A stretch of DNA of 32,000 nt from positions 120,001 to 152,000 of the forward strand of contig NZ_CP019633.1 in the NCBI RefSeq assembly GCF_001997385.1, given 5' to 3'. Below, piece after piece: positions 8,706 through 17,665 of this stretch. Source of the DNA: Sedimentisphaera cyanobacteriorum. Its GTDB lineage: Bacteria; Planctomycetota; Phycisphaerae; Sedimentisphaerales; Sedimentisphaeraceae. The notes beneath the pieces are model-generated. The model worked only from the letters and a program-made list of their open reading frames with translations. It had not been told where the DNA came from and ran no database searches. Within the stretch, counting starts at the first letter, position 1, and the number at the start of each line of letters is the position of its first letter. A program made the translations under genes and the position numbers.

Positions 8706-9170
8706 TTATATTTGCCTGAGCACGTTGACCATCTCAATAGCGCCCTCAGCGGCCTTTGCTCCGCTGTTGCCTGCTTTTGTGCCTGCACGCTCGATTGCCT
8801 GCTCGATGCTGTCAACTGTAACTACGCCGAACATTACGGGGATTTCAGAATCGTAGTATATCTGCCCGACGCCGCGGGATATCTGCTGGCATACGTAATC
8901 AAAGTGGGGTGTTTGACCGCGGATTACAGCACCGATACATATTACAGCATCGTACTTCCCGCTCTTGGCGAGCTTCTTCGCGGCAGGGGTGATTTCGATA
9001 GACCCGGGAACCCAGACCACAGTGCAGTCTGACTCGTCTGCTCCGTGCCGCTTGAGAGAGTCTATAGCTCCATCGAGCAGTTTGCCGGTAATGAATTCAT
9101 TAAAGCGGCTTACCACGATTGCAAATTTGCAGCCGTCTGCCTTTAAGTCGCCTTGAATTGTATTTATCAT
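8706..9170 (-). CDS. ribH: 6,7-dimethyl-8-ribityllumazine synthase
   Basis: 154 aa. [24 protein letters not shown] and [16 protein letters not shown] match lumazine synthase. It also shows the canonical ribH-nusB adjacency. Confidence 0.95.
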   Translation of the reverse strand: MINTIQGDLKADGCKFAIVVSRFNEFITGKLLDGAIDSLKRHGADESDCTVVWVPGSIEITPAAKKLAKSGKYDAVICIGAVIRGQTPHFDYVCQQISRGVGQIYYDSEIPVMFGVVTVDSIEQAIERAGTKAGNSGAKAAEGAIEMVNVLRQI

Positions 9171-9243
9171 AACTCATTCCTTTTCGTTTAGATTAAATCA
9201 AACGAGTATTTTATCTTATATCAGCTGGAAAAAAAGCGATTTT

Positions 9244-9687
9244 TCAGCTTTGCTTTCCCGATTCACCGTTTGTCTTGCTGTATGCCTCTTTGGGGTCGTA
9301 AACCTTCTCATCTGAAATCTTCAGGCTCTTATCATCCAGAACTTCTCTGTAGAAGCAGCTTTTATAGCCCACATGACACTGCCCCTGATCTATTTCAACC
9401 TTCAAAAGAAGGCAGTCCTGGTCGCAGTCGGTAAATATCTTTCTCACCTTCTGAAAATGCCCGCTCTGTTCGCCCTTGCGCCATAGCTTCCCGCGCGATC
9501 TGCTGTAGAAAACGGCTCTGCCTGTTTTGACTGTTTCTTGAAGAGCCTCTTGATTCATATATGCAGCCATCAGCACCTCGCCAGTCTTTTCTTCTTGGCT
9601 TATTGCGAGGATTAGGCCGTCTTTGTTGAATCTTGGCGAGAAAACCTCGCCCTCTTCCAGCATTTTCTTATCGAGCTCCATTTGCAT
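9244..9687 (-). CDS. hisI: Phosphoribosyl-AMP cyclohydrolase
   Basis: LMAAYMNQEAL, FYSRSRGKLWRKGEQSGH and DCDQDCLLLKVEIDQGQCHVGYKSCF match HisI. Confidence 0.9.
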   Translation of the reverse strand: MQMELDKKMLEEGEVFSPRFNKDGLILAISQEEKTGEVLMAAYMNQEALQETVKTGRAVFYSRSRGKLWRKGEQSGHFQKVRKIFTDCDQDCLLLKVEIDQGQCHVGYKSCFYREVLDDKSLKISDEKVYDPKEAYSKTNGESGKQS

Positions 9688-11652
9688 TCAGCTTTCTTTA
9701 TTGAGATTTTTCGTGTAATTGAGAAGCCCTGCGCTGAGAAGGATATCCCTGTCTCTGGGCGAGAGAGTGAGTTTGCCGGTTAGAGTTTTGCCTTTGGTTT
9801 TGTTTTCAATCCTCAAGCTGTCTTCTGATTTGACTGCCTCCAGAAGATTCGGGATAGCGATCTCATCTTCCTGAGAGATGCCTTCATAATCAGAAGGATT
9901 TTCGAACTCTATCGGCACAATTGCAAAGTTTATCAGGTTTGCCTTGTGTATCCTCTCGATTGATTTGGCAATCACAGCCCTCACGCCCAGATACATCGGG
10001 CAAAGCGCTGCATGTTCTCTTGAAGACCCTTGCCCGTAGCTCTCGCCTGCAATGATTATGCCCGCCTTGCCCTGATTTTTCAGCTTCAGGGCTCTGTCTG
10101 CGAATGTAGGTTTGCCTTCTTCATTGAAGCAGTTGAACACTACCTTTGCATATTCAGGAACATTCGAGCGGAACTTCAGATAAGCCCCTGCCGGCATAAT
10201 GTGGTCTGTTGTAATCTTGTCGCCGCACTTGAGCAGTACATTGCCATCAAGCTTCTCAGGCAAATATTTCGGCGCCTCTGGAACTACAATCGTAGGCCCT
10301 CTCTGCACCTGGCATCTCTTTGCCTCTTCTTTATCCAGCGGCTCCTGTATGAGGCTGTCGTCTATAGTAAAGGCATCGGGCATATCTACCTCAGGATAAT
10401 CCGCCCCCAGCTCTCTTGGGTCTGTGAGTTTGCCAGTAAGCGCAGCTGCAACAGCTGTCTCGGGGCTCACGAGATAAGCGTTGTCGCCCTTGGTGCCGGT
10501 TCTGCCTGCGAAATTGCGGTTGAATGTCCGTACTGTTGCCGTATCGTTGGCAGGGGAGAAGCCCTGGCCGATGCAAGGCCCGCAGCCGCATTCGAGTATT
10601 CTTGCTCCAGCTGCTATTATATCCGAGAGGGCGCCGTTGCTTGCGAGCATATTCAGCACCTGCCTGCTCCCGGGAGCCACCCCCAGCTCAACGAACGGGG
10701 CAATTGTTTTGCCCTTCATCACTTTCGCTGCCATCATAAGGTCTGCATAGCTTGAGTTTGTGCAGCTTCCGATAATCACCTGCTGCACTTCGGTGCCCTG
10801 AATTTCTTTAACTGTTTTGATATTGTCCGGCGAGGAAGGGCATGCCGCCATCGGTTCAAGCGAAGACAGGTCGATTTCTATAACTCTTTCGTACTCTGCA
10901 TCGCTGTCCGGCTCAAGAGGCTGATAATCATCAGCTCTTTTCTGCGCCTTCAGAAATCTCTTTGTTACCTCATCGCTTGGGAATACGCTCGTTGTTACGC
11001 CCAGCTCAGCCCCCATATTCGTAACAGTAGCCCTCTGAGGGACGCTGAGATTCTTCACGCCTTCGCCGAAGTATTCTACTACGCAGCCAACATTGCCTTT
11101 TGTCGTTAGAATGCTAAGAAGCTTGAGGATAATGTCCTTGCTCGCTGTCCAAGGCTGGAGCCTGCCTGTAAGCTTAACGCCGATCACCTTAGGTGCAGTG
11201 AGGAAGAATGCTCCGCCTCCCATAGCCACTGCCACGTCAAGCCCGCCTGCGCCGACTGCAATCATACCGATTCCGCCGCAGGTTGGGGTGTGCGAATCAC
11301 TGCCGAGAAGGGTTGCCCCAGGCCTGCCGAAACGCTCCAGATGAACCTGATGGCATATTCCGTTGCCCGCTCTGCTGTGGTACGCTCCGCTCTTAGCTGC
11401 CACTGTCTGAAGGTAGAGATGGTCGTTGTGATTTTCCGGCCCGAACTGGCTCATATTGTGGTCTATATAGCTCACGCTTTTCTCTGTTTTCACTCTACCG
11501 GCACCCATCGATTCGAACAGCAGGTAGGCTGTTGTTCCCGTTGCGTCCTGAGTGAGCGTCTGGTCTATTCTTATCCCGGCAGGGCTGCCTTTCTCGAGGC
11601 TGCCTTCCATTAAATGCGATTTCAGTATTTTGTATGTTAGCGTATCACCCAT
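9688..11652 (-). CDS. Aconitase-family hydratase (single-chain, about 654 aa; aconitate hydratase or homoaconitase-type)
   Basis: DQTLTQDATGT, GSDSHTPTCGG, GSCTNSSY and CGPCIGQG (Fe-S ligand blocks), plus the swivel-domain motif GESYGQGSSREHAA. The start is taken at MGDTLTYKIL (11652, GGAGAA upstream) rather than the track start at 11718. Confidence 0.85.
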   Translation of the reverse strand: MGDTLTYKILKSHLMEGSLEKGSPAGIRIDQTLTQDATGTTAYLLFESMGAGRVKTEKSVSYIDHNMSQFGPENHNDHLYLQTVAAKSGAYHSRAGNGICHQVHLERFGRPGATLLGSDSHTPTCGGIGMIAVGAGGLDVAVAMGGGAFFLTAPKVIGVKLTGRLQPWTASKDIILKLLSILTTKGNVGCVVEYFGEGVKNLSVPQRATVTNMGAELGVTTSVFPSDEVTKRFLKAQKRADDYQPLEPDSDAEYERVIEIDLSSLEPMAACPSSPDNIKTVKEIQGTEVQQVIIGSCTNSSYADLMMAAKVMKGKTIAPFVELGVAPGSRQVLNMLASNGALSDIIAAGARILECGCGPCIGQGFSPANDTATVRTFNRNFAGRTGTKGDNAYLVSPETAVAAALTGKLTDPRELGADYPEVDMPDAFTIDDSLIQEPLDKEEAKRCQVQRGPTIVVPEAPKYLPEKLDGNVLLKCGDKITTDHIMPAGAYLKFRSNVPEYAKVVFNCFNEEGKPTFADRALKLKNQGKAGIIIAGESYGQGSSREHAALCPMYLGVRAVIAKSIERIHKANLINFAIVPIEFENPSDYEGISQEDEIAIPNLLEAVKSEDSLRIENKTKGKTLTGKLTLSPRDRDILLSAGLLNYTKNLNKES

Positions 11653-11774
11653 TTGTTTTTCTCCAATTATTCTGTTGATATTCTTTATGCTGAGCATTTT
11701 AATAAAAAACTGAATCAATACAACTTTTACGCCAAGACCGAGGCTTAGTATCTTTCGCTTATTTTTCTCTTAAA

Positions 11775-11822
11775 AGAAAAAAGCCCGGGTTATCCGGCTG
11801 TATTCCAAAGATAAACCCGAGC
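11775..11822 (-). terminator. Rho-independent terminator downstream of carA
   Basis: Minus strand reads GCTCGGGTTTATC-(15-nt loop)-GATAACCCGGGC followed by TTTTTT. That is 11 paired bases with one mismatch and one bulge, 68-113 nt after the carA stop. Confidence 0.6.
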
Positions 11823-11889
11823 TTTCTAAAATCTTTGATTAGCTCCAAGGTCTCGCCCAATTTTGTTTCAATCAGGGCATTGTGCTAAT

Positions 11890-13008
11890 TCACTGCTTAA
11901 ACTGCCTTATCATCTTTTTGAAGTCTTCAAAGAGATACCTCGAGTCGTGCGGGCCGGGCGAGGCCTCAGGATGATACTGCACAGTAAACGCCGGATACTC
12001 TCTGCATTTTATCCCGGCAAGTGTATTGTCGTTGAGATTTATATGCGTAGCCTCAACCTTATCTCCTATAGAGTCAAGGTCTATGCAGAAGCCGTGGTTT
12101 TGGGTGGTTATCTCAATCTTCCCTGTTTCCAGATTCTTCACCGGATGATTTGCGCCTCTGTGGCCGAATTTGAGCTTGAAGCTCTTTGCCCCCAGCGCCA
12201 AAGCAAGTATCTGCTGTCCGAGACATATTCCAAACATAGGCACCCTTCCCAGCATTTTTCTAACGTTTTCTATCCCGCAGTTTACCGCAGCCGGATCGCC
12301 AGGGCCGTTGCTGAGGAACACCCCGTCCGGATTCATCTTCATAACCTCTTCAGCCGGCATATCAGCTGGAACAACGGTAACGCTGAACCCGTGAGACCTG
12401 AGCAGTCTGAGAATATTTCTCTTTATTCCAAAATCGTACGCTGCCACTTTATACTCAATCTCGGGCAGTTTGCGGCCTGTCTTGTAAATGTCGTGCGTAC
12501 CTTCGTTCCAGTGGTAAGGCTCTTTTGCGCTTATGCTGTTTACAATATTCCTCCCAACAAGTCCCGGGTATTCGCTGAGTTTTTCTTTCAGGCTGCCGGC
12601 ATCAGTTTCTCCGTGAGAGATAATCCCTCGCATTGCCCCGCTGTCTCTTATATGGCGAACGAGCTTCCTTGTGTCTATGCCTTCCAGCCCCACTATGCCC
12701 TGAGATTTTAGCCATTCATCAAGGCTTGCCTCGTTTCTCCAGCTGCTCGGGTAGTCGCAGGCCTCCTTCACAATAAATCCGCTTGCATAGCTTCTTATGC
12801 TCTCAAAGTCTTCGCTGTTTGTCCCGTAGTTGCCGATAAGCGGGTAGGTCATTGTGATTATCTGTTCGTTGTATGAGGGGTCTGTCAGGATTTCCTGATA
12901 ACCTGTCATACTCGTATTAAACACAACCTCGCCGCAGCGGTAAGATTCCGCTCCGAAGCCCCGGCCGTGAAAAACCGTTCCGTCTTCTAATAAAAGAACT
13001 GCCTTCAA
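11890..13008 (-). CDS. carA: Carbamoyl-phosphate synthase small (glutaminase) subunit
   Basis: 372 aa. Catalytic FGICLGQQ Cys block and VQYHPEASPGPHD His/Glu block of class I GATase, with a CPSase small-chain N-domain. Confidence 0.97.
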   Translation of the reverse strand: MKAVLLLEDGTVFHGRGFGAESYRCGEVVFNTSMTGYQEILTDPSYNEQIITMTYPLIGNYGTNSEDFESIRSYASGFIVKEACDYPSSWRNEASLDEWLKSQGIVGLEGIDTRKLVRHIRDSGAMRGIISHGETDAGSLKEKLSEYPGLVGRNIVNSISAKEPYHWNEGTHDIYKTGRKLPEIEYKVAAYDFGIKRNILRLLRSHGFSVTVVPADMPAEEVMKMNPDGVFLSNGPGDPAAVNCGIENVRKMLGRVPMFGICLGQQILALALGAKSFKLKFGHRGANHPVKNLETGKIEITTQNHGFCIDLDSIGDKVEATHINLNDNTLAGIKCREYPAFTVQYHPEASPGPHDSRYLFEDFKKMIRQFKQ

Positions 13009-13019
13009 TTTATTATCCT

Positions 13020-16000
13020 TTATGAACCTGTGTAGTATTCTTGGATACTCTTAACCATCATTTCTCTGCTGCACAAGGTCTTTATCCCTTTTGTTGCTGC
13101 TGCTGCCCCGCGCATCGTCGTTACGTAAGGAATCCCCTTGTCCAGAGCAGTTCGCCTTATAGCGAAAGAGTCTGCAATGCTTTTCTCACCTACTGTAGTA
13201 TTTATGACGAGGTCTATATCCATATTGATTATCGCATCAACAATATTCGGACGGACTTCATTAACCTTCATTGCAAGCTCGGCATTTATGCCCGCCTTCT
13301 TCATCGCCTCGCAAGTGCCTTTGGTTGCAGTAATCTTGAATCCGCATTCTTCAAGCTGCTTTGCCAGCTCCACTGCCTTTGGTTTGTCCCAGTCTTTAAC
13401 GCTGAAGCAGATTGTTCCTTTAACTGGCAGTTTGTTCTTGCAGGCAAGCTGAGCCTTTGCGTAGGCCATTCCGTATTCGCTGCAGATTCCCATCACCTCG
13501 CCTGTTGACAGCATTTCCGGGCCGAGAATAGTATCAGCTCCCGGGAATTTGAGGAACGGGAACACCGCCTCTTTTACAGAATGGTGCTCTGGGACTATCT
13601 GCTCAAATACGCTGAGGTCTTTGAGCTTCTCGCCTGCCATCACCTTTGCCGCAATTTTAGCAAGCGGCCTTCCGATACTCTTGCTCACAAAAGGAACTGT
13701 CCTTGATGCCCTTGGGTTCACCTCAAGTATGTAAATCTCTTTGCCTTTAACTGCGAACTGTATATTCATAAGTCCGCATACGCCAAGCTCCACAGCGAGC
13801 GATTTTGTCTGCTGTATTACCCGCTGCCTTACATCCTCATCAAGCGATATCGGCGGAAGAACGCAGGCGCTGTCTCCGGAATGTATTCCTGCCTCTTCGA
13901 TATGCTCCATAATCCCGCCTATAACCACATCCTTACCGTCGCTGACCGCATCAACATCAAGCTCTGTGGCATCATCGAGGAATTTATCAACGAGTATCGG
14001 GTGTTTGCCCGCCGCTTCAACTGCATTCTTAACGCAGTTCTCAAGGGCGTTCTGGTCGTAAACGATTTCCATCGCCCGCCCGCCGAGAACAAACGAAGGG
14101 CGAATCAGAAGGGGATATCCAAGCTTATTTGCAATCTCGAGCGTTTCTTCGTAGGTGCGGGCTGTTCCGCTGAAGGGCTGCTGGAGCTGGAGCTTTTCAA
14201 CTACCGCATTAAACAGCTTCCTGTCTTCTGCCCTTGAGATCGCCTCGGGCGAAGTGCCGATTATATTTACTCCTGCTTCCTCGAGGGCGTCTGCAAGCTT
14301 GAGGGGTGTTTGCCCGCCGAACTGAACTATCACGCCGTAAGGTTTTTCCCTGTCTATGATGTTCATAACGTCTTCGAAAGTAAGCGGTTCGAAGAAAAGC
14401 TTGTCTGAGGTGTCGTAGTCTGTACTGACGGTTTCAGGGTTGCAGTTTACCATTATCGCTTCGATGCCGATTTCCTTCAGAGCGAAGGCTGCATGCACGC
14501 AGCAGTAGTCGAATTCGATTCCCTGTCCGATACGGTTAGGGCCGCCTCCGAGGATTACTACCTTCTTTCTCTCTGTGGGATCTGCCTCGCACTCGTCTTC
14601 GTATGTGCTGTAGAGGTAAGGAGTATGTGCTTCAAATTCTGCTCCGCAGGTGTCAACCATCTTGTAAACGTTTTGAATTCCCGCATCTTTTCGGCGAGCT
14701 CTGAATTCCGGCTGAGAAATTCCGTAAATCTCTGAGAGGTATTTATCCGAGAAGCCCATTTCCTTGCAGCGTTTGAGCGTTTCAATGGAAAGGTCTTTTA
14801 GCTTTGATGATTTGAGTCTTTTTTCCATTTCCACAATCTCGCGGAAATTATTCAAATACCAGCGGTCGATTTTGCAGAGCGAGAAGATTTCTTCTATGCT
14901 GAATCCTCTGCGCATTGCCTCAGCGATATACCATACCTTATCCCATCGCATTCCGCTGAGGATTGAACGCAGCTCCTCGTCGGAAACTTCAGCATTGATA
15001 TATTTTGAATCTAAACTGTATCTTTCAATCTCAAGCGAGCGTATTGATTTATGGAAGGCCTCTTTGAAGGTTCGCCCGATTGCCATAGCCTCGCCTATCG
15101 ATTTCATCTGTACGGTAAGCTCAGGAGCTGTTTTCGGGAATTTCTCGAATGTAAAGCGCGGGTATTTCACAACGCAGTAGTCAATCGTTGGCTCAAAGCA
15201 GGCCGGCGTTTCTTTTGTAATATCGTTGCTGATCTCATCGAGCGTGTATCCAACTGCCAGCAGGGCGGCCATCTTCGCAATTGGAAAGCCCGTTGCCTTG
15301 GATGCAAGAGCCGAGCTTCTCGAAACACGCGGGTTCATCTCAATTACGTATATCTTCCCGTTATCCGGATTAACCGAAAACTGTATATTGCATCCGCCTG
15401 TCTCAACGCCTATCGCACGGATAATATCAATCGCCGCATTACGCATCGCCTGATACTCCTTGTCCGAGAGCGTTTGAGATGGTGCTACTGTGATGCTGTC
15501 GCCTGTATGAACGCCCATCGGGTCGAGGTTTTCTATCGGGCAGACAATCACAACGTTGTCTTTGTTGTCCCGCATTACCTCAAGTTCATACTCCTTCCAT
15601 CCTATTACCGATTCCTCCACGAGAACCTCGCTTATCGGGCTCAGGTCGAAGCCCCATTTGCAGTACTTCTCGTATTCTTCCATGTTGTAGGCGATATTTC
15701 CGCCCATTCCGCCCAGCGTGAATGAAGCCCTGATGATTGCAGGGAATTTAATCCGCTCTACGATCTCATGAGCCTCTTTCCAGTTGTGGGCGTAGCCGCT
15801 CTGAGGAACTTCAAGACCAATCTGCTCGATGGTTTTCTTGAAAAGATCCCTCTCCTCGGCCTTCTGGATTGTCTCGAGGTTCGCACCGATCATCTTAACG
15901 CCGTACTTTTCCAAAACGCCTCTCTCGGCCACTTCAACAGCGGTATTCAGCCCTGTCTGGCCGCCGAGTGTAGGCAGGATGCTGTCCGGCCTTTCAGCCT

Positions 16001-16235
16001 CAATAATCTTCTCCACTATATCCGCGGTAATAGGCTCGATATAGGTTTTGTCTGCCATCTCCGGGTCGGTCATAATCGTGGCAGGGTTGCTGTTAACCAG
16101 CACAACCTCAAAGCCCTCTTGTTTGAGAACCTTGCAGGCCTGCGCGCCGGAATAGTCAAACTCACATCCCTGGCCGATTACAATCGGGCCGGAACCGATT
16201 ATCAGAATCTTCTTAATGTCTTCTCTTTTAGGCAC
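13020..16235 (-). CDS. carB: Carbamoyl-phosphate synthase large subunit
   Basis: 1071 aa with duplicated ATP-grasp halves ([21 protein letters not shown] / [20 protein letters not shown]) and a C-terminal MGS-like domain. Located 11 bp upstream of carA. Confidence 0.97.
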   Translation of the reverse strand: MPKREDIKKILIIGSGPIVIGQGCEFDYSGAQACKVLKQEGFEVVLVNSNPATIMTDPEMADKTYIEPITADIVEKIIEAERPDSILPTLGGQTGLNTAVEVAERGVLEKYGVKMIGANLETIQKAEERDLFKKTIEQIGLEVPQSGYAHNWKEAHEIVERIKFPAIIRASFTLGGMGGNIAYNMEEYEKYCKWGFDLSPISEVLVEESVIGWKEYELEVMRDNKDNVVIVCPIENLDPMGVHTGDSITVAPSQTLSDKEYQAMRNAAIDIIRAIGVETGGCNIQFSVNPDNGKIYVIEMNPRVSRSSALASKATGFPIAKMAALLAVGYTLDEISNDITKETPACFEPTIDYCVVKYPRFTFEKFPKTAPELTVQMKSIGEAMAIGRTFKEAFHKSIRSLEIERYSLDSKYINAEVSDEELRSILSGMRWDKVWYIAEAMRRGFSIEEIFSLCKIDRWYLNNFREIVEMEKRLKSSKLKDLSIETLKRCKEMGFSDKYLSEIYGISQPEFRARRKDAGIQNVYKMVDTCGAEFEAHTPYLYSTYEDECEADPTERKKVVILGGGPNRIGQGIEFDYCCVHAAFALKEIGIEAIMVNCNPETVSTDYDTSDKLFFEPLTFEDVMNIIDREKPYGVIVQFGGQTPLKLADALEEAGVNIIGTSPEAISRAEDRKLFNAVVEKLQLQQPFSGTARTYEETLEIANKLGYPLLIRPSFVLGGRAMEIVYDQNALENCVKNAVEAAGKHPILVDKFLDDATELDVDAVSDGKDVVIGGIMEHIEEAGIHSGDSACVLPPISLDEDVRQRVIQQTKSLAVELGVCGLMNIQFAVKGKEIYILEVNPRASRTVPFVSKSIGRPLAKIAAKVMAGEKLKDLSVFEQIVPEHHSVKEAVFPFLKFPGADTILGPEMLSTGEVMGICSEYGMAYAKAQLACKNKLPVKGTICFSVKDWDKPKAVELAKQLEECGFKITATKGTCEAMKKAGINAELAMKVNEVRPNIVDAIINMDIDLVINTTVGEKSIADSFAIRRTALDKGIPYVTTMRGAAAATKGIKTLCSREMMVKSIQEYYTGS

Positions 16236-16498
16236 TTATATTTCCCTTTGCCATGCTGATTACAGTGTTTTATGTGTCTGGTCTATACTTATACAGCAAA
16301 ATCTGCGAGATTATACAAAATTTTGAAAATTTTTCCATATATTTAGCTCTGCCTAAAGCATAAAAATTTTACTTTATTTTGCTCTTTCGCCATCTTACTT
16401 ATCCAGCAGAAAAAAAGTTCTGTTATATTTAAGCTTTTTGAAATATCATTACTTCCAGCGGTTTCTGGGAAAATAGATTTTGCGTTTGATGTAGGCGT

Positions 16499-17641
16499 AT
16501 GAAAAAAATAAAGCTTTTAATGATAAATTATGAGTATCCGCCTCTCGGGGGCGGAGCGGGAATAGCAAACCGGAATCTGCTCAAGGCGTTTTCGGCAAGG
16601 GATGATATCGAAGCAGACCTACTAACTTCCTTCGCAGGCAGCGGGGTGCGCGAGGAACACTTCAGCGAAAATATCCGTCTGGTTAAGGTGGGCATAGAGA
16701 AAAAAGAGCTTCACAAATGGCGAAAGAAGGAGGTTGTTCAGTGGCTCTGGCGAGCGGGTTCTGTTCACAAAGAGATGGTTCAAAAAGGCAGCTACGACCT
16801 CTCACACTGTTTTTTCGCGTTCCCTTCCGGCTTTCCTGCTTGGCTTAGGAAAAATAAACTGCCTTACATAATTTCTCTGAGAGGCTCGGATGTCCCCGGA
16901 TACAACAGCTCCCTTGGTCTCGACTATATCCTGCTTTCATCTTTGTTCAGGCGTATCTGGGGCTCTGCGGACAGAATAGCTGCCAACAGCAGAGGCCTGA
17001 AAGCCCTTGCTGAAAAGTTTTACAGCTCCTCGCCGATTGAAGTTATTCCAAACGGTGTTGACAGAGAGCTGTTCCCGCACGCGGATAGGGCATTCAGCTC
17101 ATCAAGATTAAAGCTGCTTATGGTTGCCAGGCTTACTTACAGAAAGCGGGTGGATATAGCGATAGAAGCCCTTGCGAGGCTGGTTGAAATGGGCGTTGAT
17201 GCTGAGCTGAATATTGCAGGCACAGGCGAGCTTACTACCGATCTGAAGCGGCTTACCGCTGAAAGAAAGCTCCATAACAGGGTTAATTTCCTTGGAGCGA
17301 TTGACCACAGCCGGCTTGCAGATGTGTACAGCGAGAATCATATATACCTTATGTGCAGTGAGAATGAGGGGATGAGCAATTCGGTGCTTGAGGCAATATC
17401 AACAGGGATGCCCGCAGTTTCCAGCGACTGTCAGGGCAGTGAGGAGCTCATAAAGCAGAACGGCCTGCTCGTGCGTTCGCAGAATCCCAAAATCTACGCA
17501 GACTGCCTTAATAAAATTTATTCTTCTCCTGAATTGTACCGCTCTATGAGCCTTGCTGCAGAGAATATTGCAAAACATTATTCAATTCACGCTGCCGGTG
17601 AGAAGTATATCCGCCTCTACAGGCAAACCCTCCAGCAGTAG
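16499..17641 (+). CDS. GT4-family (GT-B fold) glycosyltransferase
   Basis: N-terminal EYPPLGGGAGIANRNL Gly-rich loop. C-terminal EGMSNSVLEA contains the E-x7-E motif typical of retaining GT4 enzymes. Confidence 0.85.
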   Translation: MKKIKLLMINYEYPPLGGGAGIANRNLLKAFSARDDIEADLLTSFAGSGVREEHFSENIRLVKVGIEKKELHKWRKKEVVQWLWRAGSVHKEMVQKGSYDLSHCFFAFPSGFPAWLRKNKLPYIISLRGSDVPGYNSSLGLDYILLSSLFRRIWGSADRIAANSRGLKALAEKFYSSSPIEVIPNGVDRELFPHADRAFSSSRLKLLMVARLTYRKRVDIAIEALARLVEMGVDAELNIAGTGELTTDLKRLTAERKLHNRVNFLGAIDHSRLADVYSENHIYLMCSENEGMSNSVLEAISTGMPAVSSDCQGSEELIKQNGLLVRSQNPKIYADCLNKIYSSPELYRSMSLAAENIAKHYSIHAAGEKYIRLYRQTLQQ

Positions 17642-17644
17642 CTT

Positions 17645-17665
17645 TGCTGCGGGGCAGCAGCTTTT
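17645..17665 (+). terminator. Weak stem-loop between convergent genes (TGCTGC-GGG-GCAGCA then GCTTTT)
   Basis: Read directly. 6-bp stem, 3-nt loop and a short T tract. It sits in the 22-bp gap between the GT4 stop and the 786-aa gene stop. Confidence 0.35.

Noticed and set aside
9171-9243. Possible FMN (RFN) riboswitch upstream of ribH
   Set aside because: Only 73 nt separate the hisI stop from the ribH start, which is too short for an RFN element of ~130 nt or more. I saw only an AU-rich hairpin (GCTGGAAAAA...TTTTTCAGC) overlapping the hisI stop.
9685-9690. Aconitase stop directly abutting the hisI start (TGAATG): possible gene fusion or frameshift
   Set aside because: Both proteins are full-length with intact N- and C-terminal family motifs. 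This is simple tight operon packing and does not indicate a disrupted fusion.
10030-11613. Several plus-strand ORFs (241, 89, 83 and 107 aa, and others) inside 10030-11613
   Set aside because: All are antisense to the aconitase-family gene, and none has a recognisable motif. They are shadow ORFs of a moderately GC-rich coding region.
11863-12711. 282-aa plus-strand ORF (also 12170..12394)
   Set aside because: It lies entirely antisense to carA, whose product has unmistakable CPSase small-subunit motifs. The plus-strand translation is low-complexity and rich in Arg, Cys and His, typical of a shadow ORF.
13041-16259. Plus-strand ORFs of 60-224 aa across the carB region (for example 15051..15725 and 15768..16259)
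   Set aside because: They are antisense to the 1071-aa carB gene, which is supported by full-length homology-type motifs. No independent evidence supports them.
16236-16498. Pyrimidine-responsive attenuator or PyrR site upstream of carB, and a divergent promoter for the GT4 gene
   Set aside because: The region is AT-rich, but I found no PyrR-type binding loop, no terminator/antiterminator pair and no convincing -35/-10 pair with proper spacing. It is left unannotated.
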